Assembly (NCBI GenBank): GCA_964016885.1
Contig: CAXHJY010001386.1
Span: 62,001-126,000 of the forward strand
Origin: Eledone cirrhosa
Taxonomy: Eukaryota
DNA: 64,000 nt
Reading direction: 5' to 3'
Shown: in pieces, positions 10,678 through 25,173 of the stretch
Layout: every line of letters starts with the position of its first letter
How positions within the stretch are numbered: position 1 is the stretch's first letter
Translations under genes and position numbers: made by a program
The notes under the pieces: model-generated
The model's input: the letters and a program-made list of their open reading frames with translations, nothing else
Told to the model about the DNA's origin: nothing
The model's database searches: none

Positions 10678-12019
10678 ATACTTTAATGTATGTGTATATA
10701 AAGATATATGTAGACAAATATGTTCCACACTTAAACAATAAAATCTTAGAAGGCTCCCTTTCTGTCACTCTATCACAATTTTCTCATTTTTGTTTACTAT
10801 CTTGTTTGTTTCAATTCTTTTTCCACTCTCTACCAATATTTCTTCATCTCCTTCTCCACTCTCTTTCTCATACCATTCATGTGTGTGTGTTTTTGTATAT
10901 TTGTTTGTGCAGGGTTTATAATTTTGTCTCCAAATGGCTCTATATTCCATCTATTATATTAAAACTGTTGTATCTGTCGTGTAAAACGTCTGTCACTCAG
11001 TAGGTGGGGGATGATAAGCATGAGAGAAAAAGAAAGAGTGGCAGTGGTGATGGTGGCAGCAATAACACTGAAAATTTTCTCTTAAATCCCATGTTTTTAT
11101 GGAAAGGGGATTGTAAGAGTGCATGAGGGAGAGTGCAGTGGCTGTGGAGCTGAAATATGCTGTATGAAATCTGTTGTTTATCTTCAAATTAAGAGTAAAT
11201 TTTGGTAGTTTCACCCAATTGTTAAATGTATTCGATATATGTTGTTGCATTGTATATATGTAATTAAGTATTGTATATATTATTTATATGTATATATATA
11301 TATAATTTATAAATATAATATTTAAAATGTCATAGTGATCTTTACATGGTGGTTATATCTAATTGAATCATGGGATTTCCATGGGGTCAGTTAGTAATAA
11401 ATATACATGGATAGACAGACAGTGACAGAAATGGTAGACAGACAGACAGAGAGATATATTGATAGATGGACAGATGGACAGACATATCTGAAAAGGAATT
11501 TGCTTTTGATCTTATGCTGTTTAACTGATTTGTAATTGCTTTGGGTTCATTCAATTATTATGCATGTGTTATAGGAAGTCAAGATAGATTTACATTCTTT
11601 TAAATATATATCATAGATATTTGAAGTAAATAGCCAAATTCAAATGCATAGAGTTTTGCATCAAAACAGAATTTGAAACAACAAACTTATATATAGCAAA
11701 ATATTGAACATTCTTGAAAGTTCAGAAATTCCTTCAAAGGAACTGTTAAAATGTCACATGATAACAGAAGTGAAGTCAACTGCGAGTGTTTGTTGGAACT
11801 CAGACTAAGCTAGATGATGTGAACAATTTTCCATTCCTAAAATGCAGTGTTCCTCTAGTAAATGCTCATCAACAGCCTTCTGCAAATAGGTAAGGAAGGA
11901 CATTTCAGAACACTTTGCCAGGGACAGACAGTAGGGTTATTCCATGCCAGTTGTTTCTTGTGCAATGATACTTTCGATTATGACATCACCATAGGCCTCA
12001 ATGACTTGATTATACCTAT

Positions 12020-12760
12020 GCAGCGAAATTTCGTTGTAATGAAATTCATGGAGTATTAAAAAAATTTGTAACGAAAAATTCTTTATAGCGAGACCAACTG
12101 AAAAAAATTGAGTGTTTGTTTGTTATTACATATTAAAAAATTAAACGATAAATGAATGGAAACATACCTGCAATAAAATGTAAATATATATTTCAAATAT
12201 GTTCAAATATGTTTCCTTCGTTTGTTTTCTGTCATATTATAACTTGTGTAAAAAAACCCTAAAAACCTTTAAATAATTTTTTAGTTATGTATGTTGTTAT
12301 AATACATGTGTGTGTGTGTGTGTGTGTTTGTTTTTCAGATATGTTCTTTTAAATAATTTTCTGTCATTTGGAATATTAATTAATTTAAATGAGTAATAAC
12401 AAAGAGCCACAAATTGTAAAGATACTTTTATTCATGCATTGGTATGTAAGAATAATCAGTTGACGAATCATATGAACAATTCGGTTTTTGAAAAAAAATC
12501 AGCAATTTTGGATTTAGCAGGATTTGGGGGTTGAAGTATTTTGAAGTATTTTGGTTGAATGAGTGCATTGAAATTTTTTTTTCCGTTGTAGTAAGGGGTT
12601 TTGGCTGCTAGGGGTTCAATTTTCATTCATTGTACTGAAATATTCGTAATGAATTTTGTTATAACTAGATTCCTTTATCATTGTTTTAATAAACTTGTAG
12701 CTGGGGATTGAAAAGAATTTTGTTATACTGAAAAATTCGTTATAAGGGAATTTTACCTGT
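12020..12760. mobile_element. Degenerate non-autonomous DNA transposon (Tigger/Tc1-mariner-like)
   Basis: Left CAGCGAAATTTCGTTGTAATGAA versus right TTCGTTATAAGGGAATTTTACCTG-TA (imperfect inverted termini, repeated TTCGTTRTAA motifs). Confidence 0.4.
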
Positions 12761-13499
12761 ATACACAATGCATGCACAATATATAGTCACACATCCACAT
12801 TTAGATAAATGTACAACACTCACATACATCACAATTTAGCATCCAAGACAGTACTTAGGTCTACTGACCTCTCAAATGGGCTTGGAGCATATCTTGCTTA
12901 CATACTATGCTGTACTCTACAGAGTGTAATGGGTGCATTTTGTTGTAGAACCAGCTCTATGAAGGTTGTCATATCTTTGATACAACTGAAGTGTCTTCTT
13001 AACCCTTTGTTTGGCAATATATGTACACATGTAAATACAAGCATATACATACATGCACATAAATACATATACTTACATAAAAGCATATAAATATACATAA
13101 ATATATGTAAAGGTCATACACAAATAGGTGCACATATGCACCTAACTATGCAAGTCAATTTACATCAAATTAAAAATATGAAAAAATAGTGTGCTTGTGC
13201 TGTTAAAAATGACAGGATATGGAATTTATATTTTGTTAAATCTTTGTTATTAGATTATTTTTGTATGTGTGTGTATTTATCTACATATAACACACACACA
13301 TATAACACACACAAACACACATATATATACGCATACATACATACATGCATATACATATTCTATGTATATTTTCTTAAAAACTATTTGAGGTTTTCTGTAA
13401 AAGTGTTTTCAATAAATGTTGCATGTAAGCTTCGAAGATTATGTGAATGATAATGATGTTTTGTAGTTAGCAAATATTTTAATCATAGAATCTTTTTGC

Positions 13500-13780
13500 A
13501 ACATAGCAGCTTAAGGTGGGAAGGCAATATAGATTGTATGGAAGAGGAAAGAATTCCCAAATGTATTCTCTATGGAAAACTATATTCTAGCAAAAGACTC
13601 CTTCACCAAGCTAAGATACAAAAAATACTTTAAATCTGATCTGGAGAAAAAAAAAAATTGCAGTATTCATGCAATTGATTAAGCATCATGGATACAAATT
13701 ATACTGAATATATTCAAGCATTTTAAGGAGAATTGCATTAACTATGCAAAATTGAAACAAGATGCAAGGAAAGAAAACTA
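13500..13780 (+). mobile_element. Very old RTE-like LINE 3' fragment
   Basis: Remnant QLRW.G...MEEERIPKCILYGKL. Confidence 0.45.
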
Positions 13781-15107
13781 CTCTATAGTTATTATTTATT
13801 ATATCAAATGATATAATAAATAATAAATGATATCCTTTGATACTAAACTCTTTATTTCAAGGTGTTTTTATTTATCTAAAACCCTTTCATCATAACCATA
13901 TGTAAGAACCTTTGTTATATTCCCCACATGAGATTATTAATGAGAAAGTTAGTTATATTACTAAATCCTCCTGAATTTCTGATTATTTTCAAAATAATTT
14001 GAAAATCATAGAATGTGTCTTATGTTAAAAAATATGGCAATGACCGGATTAATATGTGACTGACGGTGTCTCTATGTGGCTGGTCTTGTTCATCACTTAT
14101 ACTGTATATCAAAGCAAACTGATAATAGTTCATTACCACCCAAAAGAACATATGTCTGCCAATCATGTAACAAGCATTGCCTTTCTATTTTGTAGTATGT
14201 ACACAATACCAGTTGCTATGATTCTGTGCTGCATTTAATTGAGAAGCCATATTTTTGTAATAGTTGTGGTAAAAGCTACAAATCATTAGTTGAGCTAAAA
14301 AGCTATCTTTGCTCTACAGATCATTAACAAGTAATGAGTCCCACATTATGTGTACATAAAATAACAATAATATGGTTTCAGCCCTATGGAAAGTCCCTGT
14401 AAATGGAAGGGCTCTTCATAGGGCCCAAACCATATTATTACATCAAATTCTGCATCTTAACATGTATTATATATATATATCTGTATATGTGTGCATGTGT
14501 TTGTATATTTATGTATGTCAAAGGTCAATTTCACCTCTTATCCTTTTGAAGTTGATAAATTAAAATACCAGCGCTGTACTGGGTTGATATTTCTTCTCCC
14601 TTTCATTCACTATCACCCTTCCAGAGTCAGGTGTGTTCATCTTTGGAGAAGGATAAGGCCTGCCAACTTTAAATGCGCGAGAAATGCAATCAGTGTCACT
14701 ATGACCTCATAAGTTAAAAGCTTGATGATGATGATTATATATATAATCCATACTAGCGTGGAAGATAGATGTTAAATGATGATGATGATACACACACACA
14801 CACACACACATATATATATTTATATATATATATATATATATATATACATACATACACATATATATACAGATGTACATATATCAATGCACACATGTATTTA
14901 TATATCCAATCCATTCCAGCATAGATATCATCATTTAATGTCCATTTTTCCATGGTGTATGTATGTGTGTGTGATATCTTTTTATATCCAGCATGAGCCC
15001 CAGTGTTTTTTCGCACACACCAGTAGAGAATACCAGTTATCTTTCTTATTGTTTTATATATATATATATATATATATGTATATGTATATATCTATATATA
15101 TATATAT

Positions 15108-15411
15108 GATGTGTTGTTTCCTTGAACAAGACACTTTATTTCACATTCTTCCAGTTTACTCAGCTGTAGAAATGAGATGATAGGACTGGGGTCGCTATCA
15201 TCCCACTGCAAAGTGATCGTGGAGATGCCACGGCAAAAAAGCACCTAGCCCACAGTGTAAAGTGGACGTGTAGGCGCCACGGAACAAAAGCACGCAGCAC
15301 TCATTTACAATGAGGTTGGTGTTAGGACGGGCATCCGGCTGTAGAAATCAAGCCAGAATCAGTACCCGTCCCACCCTTGCAAGCAGGAAAAAGCGGACGT
15401 AAAATGATGAT
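15108..15411 (+). mobile_element. 5'-truncated tRNA-SINE with RTE-related 3' half
   Basis: Matches the body of the full SINE at 39045-39438; middle matches RTE-B 3' UTR, end matches RTE-C terminus, ATGATGAT tail. Confidence 0.85.
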
Positions 15412-15545
15412 AATATATATGTATATGTATATATATGTATATATATGTATATATATATATATATATATGTATATGTATATATATATATATGTATATGTAT
15501 ATATATATGTGTATATATATATGTGTATATATATATGTGTATATA

Positions 15546-15580
<35 letters not shown>

Positions 15581-15684
15581 ATATATGTATATATATATGT
15601 ATATATATATGTATATATATATATGTATATATATATGTATATATATATATGTATATATATATGTATATGTATATATATATATGT

Positions 15685-16354
15685 ATCATCATCATCATCA
15701 TCATCAGGTTTAGCGTCCGTGTTCCACGCTTGCATGGGTTTGGACGGGGGTTTTCCCACTTGAGGCGAGAGTGGTTGTCTTGCTCGCATAGGACTGTCTG
15801 GCGGGTTTTCTACAGTTGGATGCCCTTCCTAACACCAACCACATTTACAGTGTGGGGCTGGGAGGTTTTTACCGTGTTGCCTACACGGCCACATTACAGC
15901 GTGGACTGTCTGGCGGGTTTTCTACAGCTGGATGCCCTTCCTAACACCAACCACATTTACAGTGTGGGTCTGGGAGGTTTTTACCGTGTTGCCTACACGG
16001 CCACATTTACAGCGTGGACTGTGTTTTTTTGTCGTGACACCTACACGATCTCATTTGTTTCGGCCTGGATGTTGTGGGACCAACATAACTGTACATTGAA
16101 AGGGGCGGTGTGGATGGGGTGGAGGTGGTGGGACGGGGGGGTGTTTTGATAGAGATGCCTACTGACTGTAGTAGGTTTTTACTTTGTATTTAGGTAAGGC
16201 GGGTCTTCTCTATTACTGAGTACCGCCAAAGGTCTCGGTCCAGTGACATTGTCTTGGAGAGGTGTAAGCGTGTGAGGTCGGAATTTATCAGCTCGTCCCA
16301 TGTTTTTCTGGGTCTGCCTACTCCGTGGCTACCGTCTATCTTTATTGCCCTGCA
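15685..16354 (-). mobile_element. RTE-A 5'-truncated copy with duplicated 3' UTR module
   Basis: CRAIKIDG...EKTRLT* on minus, two UTR modules, (ATC)n at the left end. Confidence 0.95.
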
Positions 16355-16532
16355 TATATATATACATATATATATACATATACATATATATATATATGTA
16401 TATATATATGTATATGTATATATGTATATATATGTATATATATATGTATATATATATGTATATATATGTATATATATATGTATATATATATGTATATATA
16501 TATATATATGCATATATATATGTATATATATG

Positions 16533-16567
<35 letters not shown>

Positions 16568-16602
16568 GTATATATATATGTATATATATGTATATATATA
16601 TG

Positions 16603-16633
<31 letters not shown>

Positions 16634-16956
16634 GTATATATATATGTATATATATGTATATATATATGTATATATATATATGTATATATATATATGTATA
16701 TATATATGTATATATATATGTATATATATATGTATATATATATGTATATATGTATATATATATATGTATATATGTATGTATATATGTATATATATATGTA
16801 TATATATATGTATATATATGTATATATATATGCATATATATATGTATATATATGTATATATATATGTATATGTATATATGTATATATATATGCATATATA
16901 TATGTATATATATATGTATATATATGTATATGTATGTATATATGTATATGTATATA

Positions 16957-17290
16957 TGGTGGCTGCCAACTCGTTTTCGAGTACGGCCACTACTTTATAA
17001 CCATGTAGGAGAACCCCTACCGATACGCTGAACGAGTGTGACTTTTTAGTCCAGCCAGCGACTTGAAAACTCTGGTACAAACACTACACTTGTTACAATT
17101 ATTGACACATAGTGCTGGGCCCATGGTACCATGTAATGACAAGTGCAGAGAGATCTCCAGATACAAAGCAATGCCTGTGCCGTGAAGCTTTTATAGTGAG
17201 CAAAGGCACTGCACAAAGCCAGTCCCACTCTCTTAACCAAGATGATATTTACCAAAAAGAAGAACAAGTCAACATCATTGGATACCATGT
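16957..17290 (-). mobile_element. 3' end of a separate LINE family with terminal C2H2-like finger, copy 1
   Basis: Minus frame [23 protein letters not shown]; ends GGCAGCCACCA then (TA)n; second copy at 49245-49533. Confidence 0.7.
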
Positions 17291-17436
17291 ATATATATAT
17301 GTATGTATATGTATATATATATATATGTATGTATATGTATATATATATGTATGTATATGTATATATATATGTATGTATATGTATATGTATGTGTATATGT
17401 ATATATATATGTATGTATATATATATATATATGTAT

Positions 17437-18223
17437 ATCATCATCATCAACGTTTAACGTCCGTGTTCCACGCTTGCATGGGTTTGGACGGGGGTAGTCC
17501 CACTTGAGGCAAGAGTGATTGTCTTGCTCGCATAGGACTGTCTGGCAGGTTTTCTACAGTTGGATGCCCTTCCTAACACCAACCACATTTACAGTGTGGG
17601 GCTGGGAGGTTTTTACTGTGTTGCCTACACGGCCACATTACAGCGTGGACTGTGTGTTTTTTTGTCGTGACACCTACACGATCTCATTTATTTCGGCCTG
17701 GATGGCGCGGCACCAACATAACTTTACATAGAACGGGGTGGTGTGGATGGGGTGGTGGTGGGACGGGGTGTATTTTGTTAGAGATGCCTACTGGCTGGAG
17801 TAGGTTTTACTATATATTTAGGTAAGGCGGGTCTTCTCTGTTACTGAGTACCGCCAAAGGTCTCGGTCCAGTGACATTGTCTTGGAGAGATGTAAGTGTG
17901 TGAGGTCGGAATTTATCAGTTCGTCCCAGGTTTTTCTGGGTCTGCCTACTCCGTGGCTACCGTCTATCTTTATTGCCCTGCACTTTGTTATACAGCTATC
18001 GACTTTCATGCGCATCACGTGTCCATACCAACGTAGCCTTCTCTCGAGTAAACAACATCTGATCCCTCTTATCTCTAATTTTTTCCTTAGTTCGTTTATG
18101 CTTTGCCGTTCACGTATATTACTGTTACACATCCAGCGGAGCATGCAAGCTTCGTTCCTCTCTAGTCTGCGTATATCCTCTGCACACAATGCCCAGGTCT
18201 CACTGCCATGCCGCATTGCTGTT
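17437..18223 (-). mobile_element. RTE-A 5'-truncated copy
   Basis: HGSETW...EKTRLT* plus 3' UTR and (GAT)n tail on minus. Confidence 0.95.
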
Positions 18224-18232
18224 ATATATATG

Positions 18233-18275
<43 letters not shown>

Positions 18276-18351
18276 ATGTATATATGTATATGTATATATG
18301 TATGTATATATATATATATGTATGTATGTATATATGTATATATATGTATGT

Positions 18352-18392
<41 letters not shown>

Positions 18393-18435
18393 TATATTTA
18401 TATATATATATATATGTATGTATATATATATATAT

Positions 18436-20270
18436 TTAACCAGGTAATACTAGAGGGGGCCATACCAAAAGATTGGTGCAGTAGCATCATTGTCAACTGC
18501 TACAAAGGTAAAGGCGATGCACTAGATAGAGGAAACTATAGAGGTATAAAGTTGATGGACCAGGTCATGAAAGTAACAGAAAGAGTTATAGCACAGCTGA
18601 TTAGGGACCGGGTGAATATAGACGAGATGCAATTTGGGTTTGTACCAGGGAAAGGCACCACTGATGCGCTCTTCCTTGTGAGGCAATTACAGGAAAAGTA
18701 CCTAGCTAAAAGTAAGCCACTCTACTTGGCATTTGTCGACCTTGAGAAAGCCTTTGACAGAGTTCCACGTGCAGTAATCTGGTGGGCTCTTAGAAAACTA
18801 GGAGTAGATGAATGGCTTGTGAAAGCGGTACAAGCCATGTATAGGGGAGCAGTCAGCAAAGTTAGGATTGGCAATGAGTATAGCGAGGAATTTAGCGTAC
18901 AGGTTGGGGTCCACCAGGGCTCTGTTCTTAGCCCTCTCCTGTTCATCATAGTCCTGCAGGCAATAACGGAGGAGTTTAAGACCGGATGCCCATGGGAACT
19001 CCTGTATGCTGATGACCTCGCACTCATAGCTGAATCTATGGTAGAACTAGAGAATAAATTCCAAACCTGGAAGCAGGGACTAGAGAGAAAGGGCCTCAAA
19101 GTCAACATGACAAAGACTAAGGTCCTTATAAGTAGACGAGAAAACAGAACCCAGATCCCCTCAGGGAAATGGCCTTGCTCAGTATGTAGGAAAGGTGTAG
19201 GTAGGAACTCCATTCTTTGCCCCAAATGCAAACAATGGGTACACAAGAGATGTAGCGGGATCTCAGGAAGCTTAATTAAGAATGTAGGATTCACATGCAG
19301 CAGCTGTGCTGAAACAGCAAGCAAACAGCCACAGGAAACAAGTACCACCAATCTCTGGGTGGGCCCTGTAGAAACAGTAGACAGCTTCTGCTACCTAGGT
19401 GACCGAATTAGCAACGGAGGTGGGTGCTCAGAAAGTACAATAACTAGGGTAAGAACGGGATGGAAGAAGTTTAGGGAACTACTACCACTGCTAGCTGCAA
19501 AAGGCTTCTCCCTCAGAATGAAAGGCAGACTGTATGATGCGTGTATCCGAACAGCGATGTTGCATGGTAGTGAGACCTGGGCGCTGAAGGTGGAAGACTT
19601 ACGTAGATTAGAGAGAAACGAAGCCTGCATGCTCCGATGGATGTGTAACAGTAATATACGTGAACGACAAAGCATAAATGAATTGAGAGAGAGACTGAGC
19701 ATAAGAGGAATCAAATGCTGCGTGCAGGAGAGGCGGTTACGCTGGTATGGACATGTGATGCGTATGAAGGATGACAGCTGCATAAAAAGGTGCAGAGCAC
19801 TAGAAGTTGATGGAAACCGCGGAGTGGGGAGACCCAAGATGACTTGGGATGAGGTGATAAAAGCCGACCTTACCCAACTACACCTCTCAAAGTCAATGAC
19901 ACACGACCGTGACTTCTGGCGTCACGCAGTAATACAGGGTACCCGACCTCCCATGGGTACATGCTGAAGCATATAAACAATATGCCCCCCCCCCACCGCA
20001 AGGTGGTCGTGGAGGTGCCCACGGCAAAAAAGCACCCAGCCCCACACTGTAAAGTGGACGTGTAGGCGCCACGAAAAAGCACCCAGCACTCACTGTAAAT
20101 GAGGTTGGTGTTAGGAAGGGCATCCAGCTGTAGAAATCAAGCCAGATCAGTTCCTGTATGAGCAAGGCATGGTCAGCCGACCAGACACTGCCCCACAACA
20201 GGACAACCCGTCTAACCCATGCTAGCGTGGAAGAACGGACGTAAAAACGGTGATGATGATGATGATGATG
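18436..20270 (+). mobile_element. RTE subfamily B, 5'-truncated copy
   Basis: Diverged RT+PHD ORF ending [10 protein letters not shown], distinct 3' UTR, GGT(GAT)n tail, TA array on both sides. Confidence 0.95.
18438..19967 (+). CDS. RTE-B ORF, partial: RT + PHD finger
   Basis: Open frame [13 protein letters not shown]...YADD...FCYLG...; the upstream part of the track ORF is microsatellite. Confidence 0.85.
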   Translation, partial: NQVILEGAIPKDWCSSIIVNCYKGKGDALDRGNYRGIKLMDQVMKVTERVIAQLIRDRVNIDEMQFGFVPGKGTTDALFLVRQLQEKYLAKSKPLYLAFVDLEKAFDRVPRAVIWWALRKLGVDEWLVKAVQAMYRGAVSKVRIGNEYSEEFSVQVGVHQGSVLSPLLFIIVLQAITEEFKTGCPWELLYADDLALIAESMVELENKFQTWKQGLERKGLKVNMTKTKVLISRRENRTQIPSGKWPCSVCRKGVGRNSILCPKCKQWVHKRCSGISGSLIKNVGFTCSSCAETASKQPQETSTTNLWVGPVETVDSFCYLGDRISNGGGCSESTITRVRTGWKKFRELLPLLAAKGFSLRMKGRLYDACIRTAMLHGSETWALKVEDLRRLERNEACMLRWMCNSNIRERQSINELRERLSIRGIKCCVQERRLRWYGHVMRMKDDSCIKRCRALEVDGNRGVGRPKMTWDEVIKADLTQLHLSKSMTHDRDFWRHAVIQGTRPPMGTC

Positions 20271-20481
20271 TATATATATATGTATGTATATATATATATG
20301 TATGTATATATATATATGTATGTATATATATATATGTATGTATATATATATATGTATGTATATATATATGTATGTATATATATATATGTATGTATATATA
20401 TATATGTATGTATATATATATATGTATGTATATATATATATGTATGTATATATATGTGTATATATATATATATGTATGTAT

Positions 20482-20517
<36 letters not shown>

Positions 20518-21029
20518 GTTTATATATATGTATGTATATATGTATGTATGTATATATATATATGTATGTATATGTATATATATATGTATGTATATGTATA
20601 TATATGTATGTATGTATATATATATATGTATGTATGTATATATATATATGTATGTATGTATATATATATATGTATGTATATATATATGTATGTATGTATA
20701 TATATATATGTATGTATATATATATGTATGTATGTATATGTATATATATGTATGTATGTATATGTATATGTATGTATATGTATATATATGTATGTATGTA
20801 TATATATATATGTATGTATATGTATATATATATGTATGTATGTATATGTATATATATGTATGTATGTATATGTATATATATATGTATGTATGTATATGTA
20901 TATATATATGTATGTATGTATATGTATATATATATGTATGTATGTATATGTATATATATATGTATGTATGTATATGTATGTATATGTATGTATATATGTA
21001 TGTATATGTATATATATATGTATGTATAT

Positions 21030-21063
<34 letters not shown>

Positions 21064-21752
21064 GTATATATATATATGTATGTATGTATATATATATATG
21101 TATGTATATGTATATGTATATATATATGTATGTATATGTATATGTATATATATATGTATGTATATGTATATATATATGTATGTATATGTATATATATATG
21201 TATGTATATATATATGTATGTATGTATATGTATGTATGTATATGTATATATATATGTATGTATGTATATGTATGTATGTATATGTATGTATATATGTATG
21301 TATATATGTATGTATATATGTATATATATATGTATGTATATATGTATATATATATGTATGTATATATGTATATATATATGTATGTATATATGTATGTATA
21401 TATGTATATATATATATATATGTATGTATATGTATATATATATGTATGTATATGTATGTATATGTATATATATATATGTATGTATATGTATGTATATGTA
21501 TATATATATGTATGTATATGTATATATATATGTATGTATATATATATGTATGTATATGTATATATATATATGTATATATATATATGTATATATATATATG
21601 TATGTATATATACATGTATGTATATATATATGTATGTATATGTATATATATATATATATGTATATAGATATGTATGTATATGTATATATATATGTATGTA
21701 TATGTATATAGATATGTATGTATATGTATATATATATGTATGTATGTATATG

Positions 21753-21785
<33 letters not shown>

Positions 21786-21796
21786 GTATGTATATG

Positions 21797-21827
<31 letters not shown>

Positions 21828-22124
21828 GTATATATATGTATGTATATATATATGTATGTATATATGTATATATATGTATGTATATATATATATATGTATA
21901 TATATGTATGTATATATATATATGTATATATATATATGTATATATATATATGTATATATATATATGTATATATATATATGTATATATATATGTATATATA
22001 TATATGTATATATATATATGTATATATATATATGTATATATATATATGTATATATATATATGTATATATATATATGTATATATATATATGTATATATATA
22101 TATGTATATATATATGTATGTATG

Positions 22125-22155
<31 letters not shown>

Positions 22156-22179
22156 GTATATATATATGTATGTATGTAT

Positions 22180-22219
<40 letters not shown>

Positions 22220-22285
22220 GTATATATATATGTATGTATATATATATGTATGTATGTATATATATATGTATGTATATATATATAT

Positions 22286-23509
22286 ATGTGGTGGTCCCTA
22301 AGGAAGCTGGGTGTTGAGGAATGGCTTATGAGGACAGTGCAAACTTTGTACAGAGGTACTCTCAGTAAAGTCAGGGTAGGAATGGAGTTTAGTGAGGAAT
22401 TCCAGATACAAGTAGGAGTACATCAGGGTTCGGTCCTCAGCCCGCTCTTGTTCATTATAGTCCTCCAAGCCATAACAGAGGAGTTTAAGACTGGCTGTCC
22501 ATGGGAACTTCTCTATGCTGACGATCTGGCTCTTATGGCAGAATCAGTAGAGGAGCTAGAGAATAAATTCCGGCTATGGAAACAGCAGTTGGAAGCAAGA
22601 GGACTGAGAGTAAATCTAGCTAAGACAAAAGTGTTGATGAGTAGAAAAGAGGACAAAACCCTGATTCCGTCAGGGAAATGGCCATGTTCGATATGCAGAA
22701 AAGGAACTGGCATAAATTCTATAAAATGCACACAATGTAGGTCCTGGGTACACAAGAGATGTAGCGGGATAGCAGGCAAACTAACAGGTAGGGAGAAATA
22801 TGTATGCAGTAGATGTACAGGGAAATTAGACAGTAGAAGTCGCACTGATAGACACATTTTTCAAATGCGAGAGGGCGCTATAGAAGTGGTGGATAGCTTC
22901 CGGTACCTAGGAGATCAGATTAGCATGGGAGGAGGGTGTTCCGAGGCCATAGTATCTAGAATAAGGACGGGTTGGAAGAAGTTTAGGGAGCTGCTTCCTC
23001 TGTTGACGAAGAAGGGTTTCTCCCTGCGTACGAAAGGCAGGTTGTATGATGCCTGTGTGAGGAGCGCGATGCTGCATGGTAGTGAGACATGGGCAGCTAC
23101 CGCAGAAGATATGCGACGGCTGGAGAGAAATGAGGCAAGCATGCTCCGTTGGATGTGCAGTGTAAATGTGCGTGAACGACCCAGCATAAATGTGTTGAGA
23201 GAGAAACTGTGTCTGAGAGGGATAGAATGTAGTGTACGGGAGAGGAGACTGAGGTGGTATGGACATGTGATGCGCATGGAGGATGACCGATGGGTGAAGA
23301 AGTGCCAGGAAATGCCAGTTGAAGGAAGACGTAGTAGAGGTAGACCACGAAAAACATGGGCGGAGGTGGTGAGAACAGACCTCAGATCATTGAAGCTCAC
23401 GGTGGAGATGACGAGGGACCGTGACGAGTGGAGAGATGCTGTGCTGAATAAGACACGTCCCACCCTTGCAAGCAGGGAAAAGCGGACGTTAAATGATGAT
23501 GATGATGAT
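22286..23509 (+). mobile_element. RTE subfamily C, 5'-truncated copy; ORF runs into the tail
   Basis: WWSLRKLG...YADD...PHD...FRYLG...[16 protein letters not shown] then (GAT)n with no stop codon and no 3' UTR. Confidence 0.93.
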
Positions 23510-24018
23510 ATATGTATATATGTATGTATGTATATATATATGTATGTATATATATATATATATGTATATATATGTATATATATATGTATGTATGTATATA
23601 TATATGTATGTATATATATATGTATGTATATATATATGTATGTATATATATATGTATGTATGTATATATATATATATATGTATGTATATATATATATATG
23701 TATGTATATATATATATATATGTATGTATATATATATATATATGTATGTATATATATATATATGTATGTATATATATATATATGTATGTATATATATATA
23801 TATGTATGTATATATATATATATGTATGTATATATATATATATGTATGTATATATATATATATGTATGTATATATATATATATGTATGTATATATATATA
23901 TATGTATGTATATATATATATATGTATGTATATATATATATATGTATGTATATATATATATATGTATGTATATATATATATATGTATGTATGTATATATG
24001 TATATATATATATGTATG

Positions 24019-24069
<51 letters not shown>

Positions 24070-24103
24070 GTATGTATATATATATATATATATATGTATG
24101 TAT

Positions 24104-24144
<41 letters not shown>

Positions 24145-24286
24145 TATATGTATGTATATATATATATATGTATGTATATATATATATGTATGTATATATA
24201 TATATATTTATATATATATATATATGTATGTATATATATATATATATGTATGTATATATATATATGTATGTATATATATATATATT

Positions 24287-24341
<55 letters not shown>

Positions 24342-25173
24342 GTATGTATATATATATATATATGTATGTATATATATATATATATGTATGTATATATATA
24401 TATATGTATGTATATGTATGTATGTATATATATATATATGTATGTATATATATATATATGTATGTATATATATATGTATGTATGTATATATATATGTATG
24501 TATGTATATGTATATATATGTATGTATATATATATGTATGTATGTATATGTATATATATGTATGTATATGTATATATATATATGTATGTATATGTATATA
24601 TATATATATGTATGTATATGTATATATATGTATGTATATGTATATATATGTATGTATATGTATATATATATATGTATGTATATGTATATGTATGTATATG
24701 TATATATATATATATGTATGTATATGTATATATATATGTATGTATATGTATATATATATATATGTATGTATATATATATATATGTATGTATATATATATA
24801 TATGTATGTATATATATATATATGTATGTATATATATATATATGTATGTATATATATATATATGTATGTATATATATATATATGTATGTATATATATATA
24901 TATGTATATGTATATATATATGTATGTATATGTATATATATGTATATGTATATATATGTATATGTATATATATGTATATATATATATATGTATGTATATG
25001 TATGTATATATATATATGTATATGTATACAGATATATGTATGTATATCTATATATATATGTATGTATGTATGTATATGTATATGTATGTATGTATGTATA
25101 TGTATATATATATATGTATATATATATATATGTATATATATATATGTATATGTATATATATATATATGTATGT

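Noticed and set aside
12160-12185. TTTTATTGCAG|GTATGT recursive-splice-like motif on minus (similar on plus near 49955-49972)
   Set aside because: Lies in a transposon relic, the two motifs are on opposite strands, and chance occurrence is likely without RNA data
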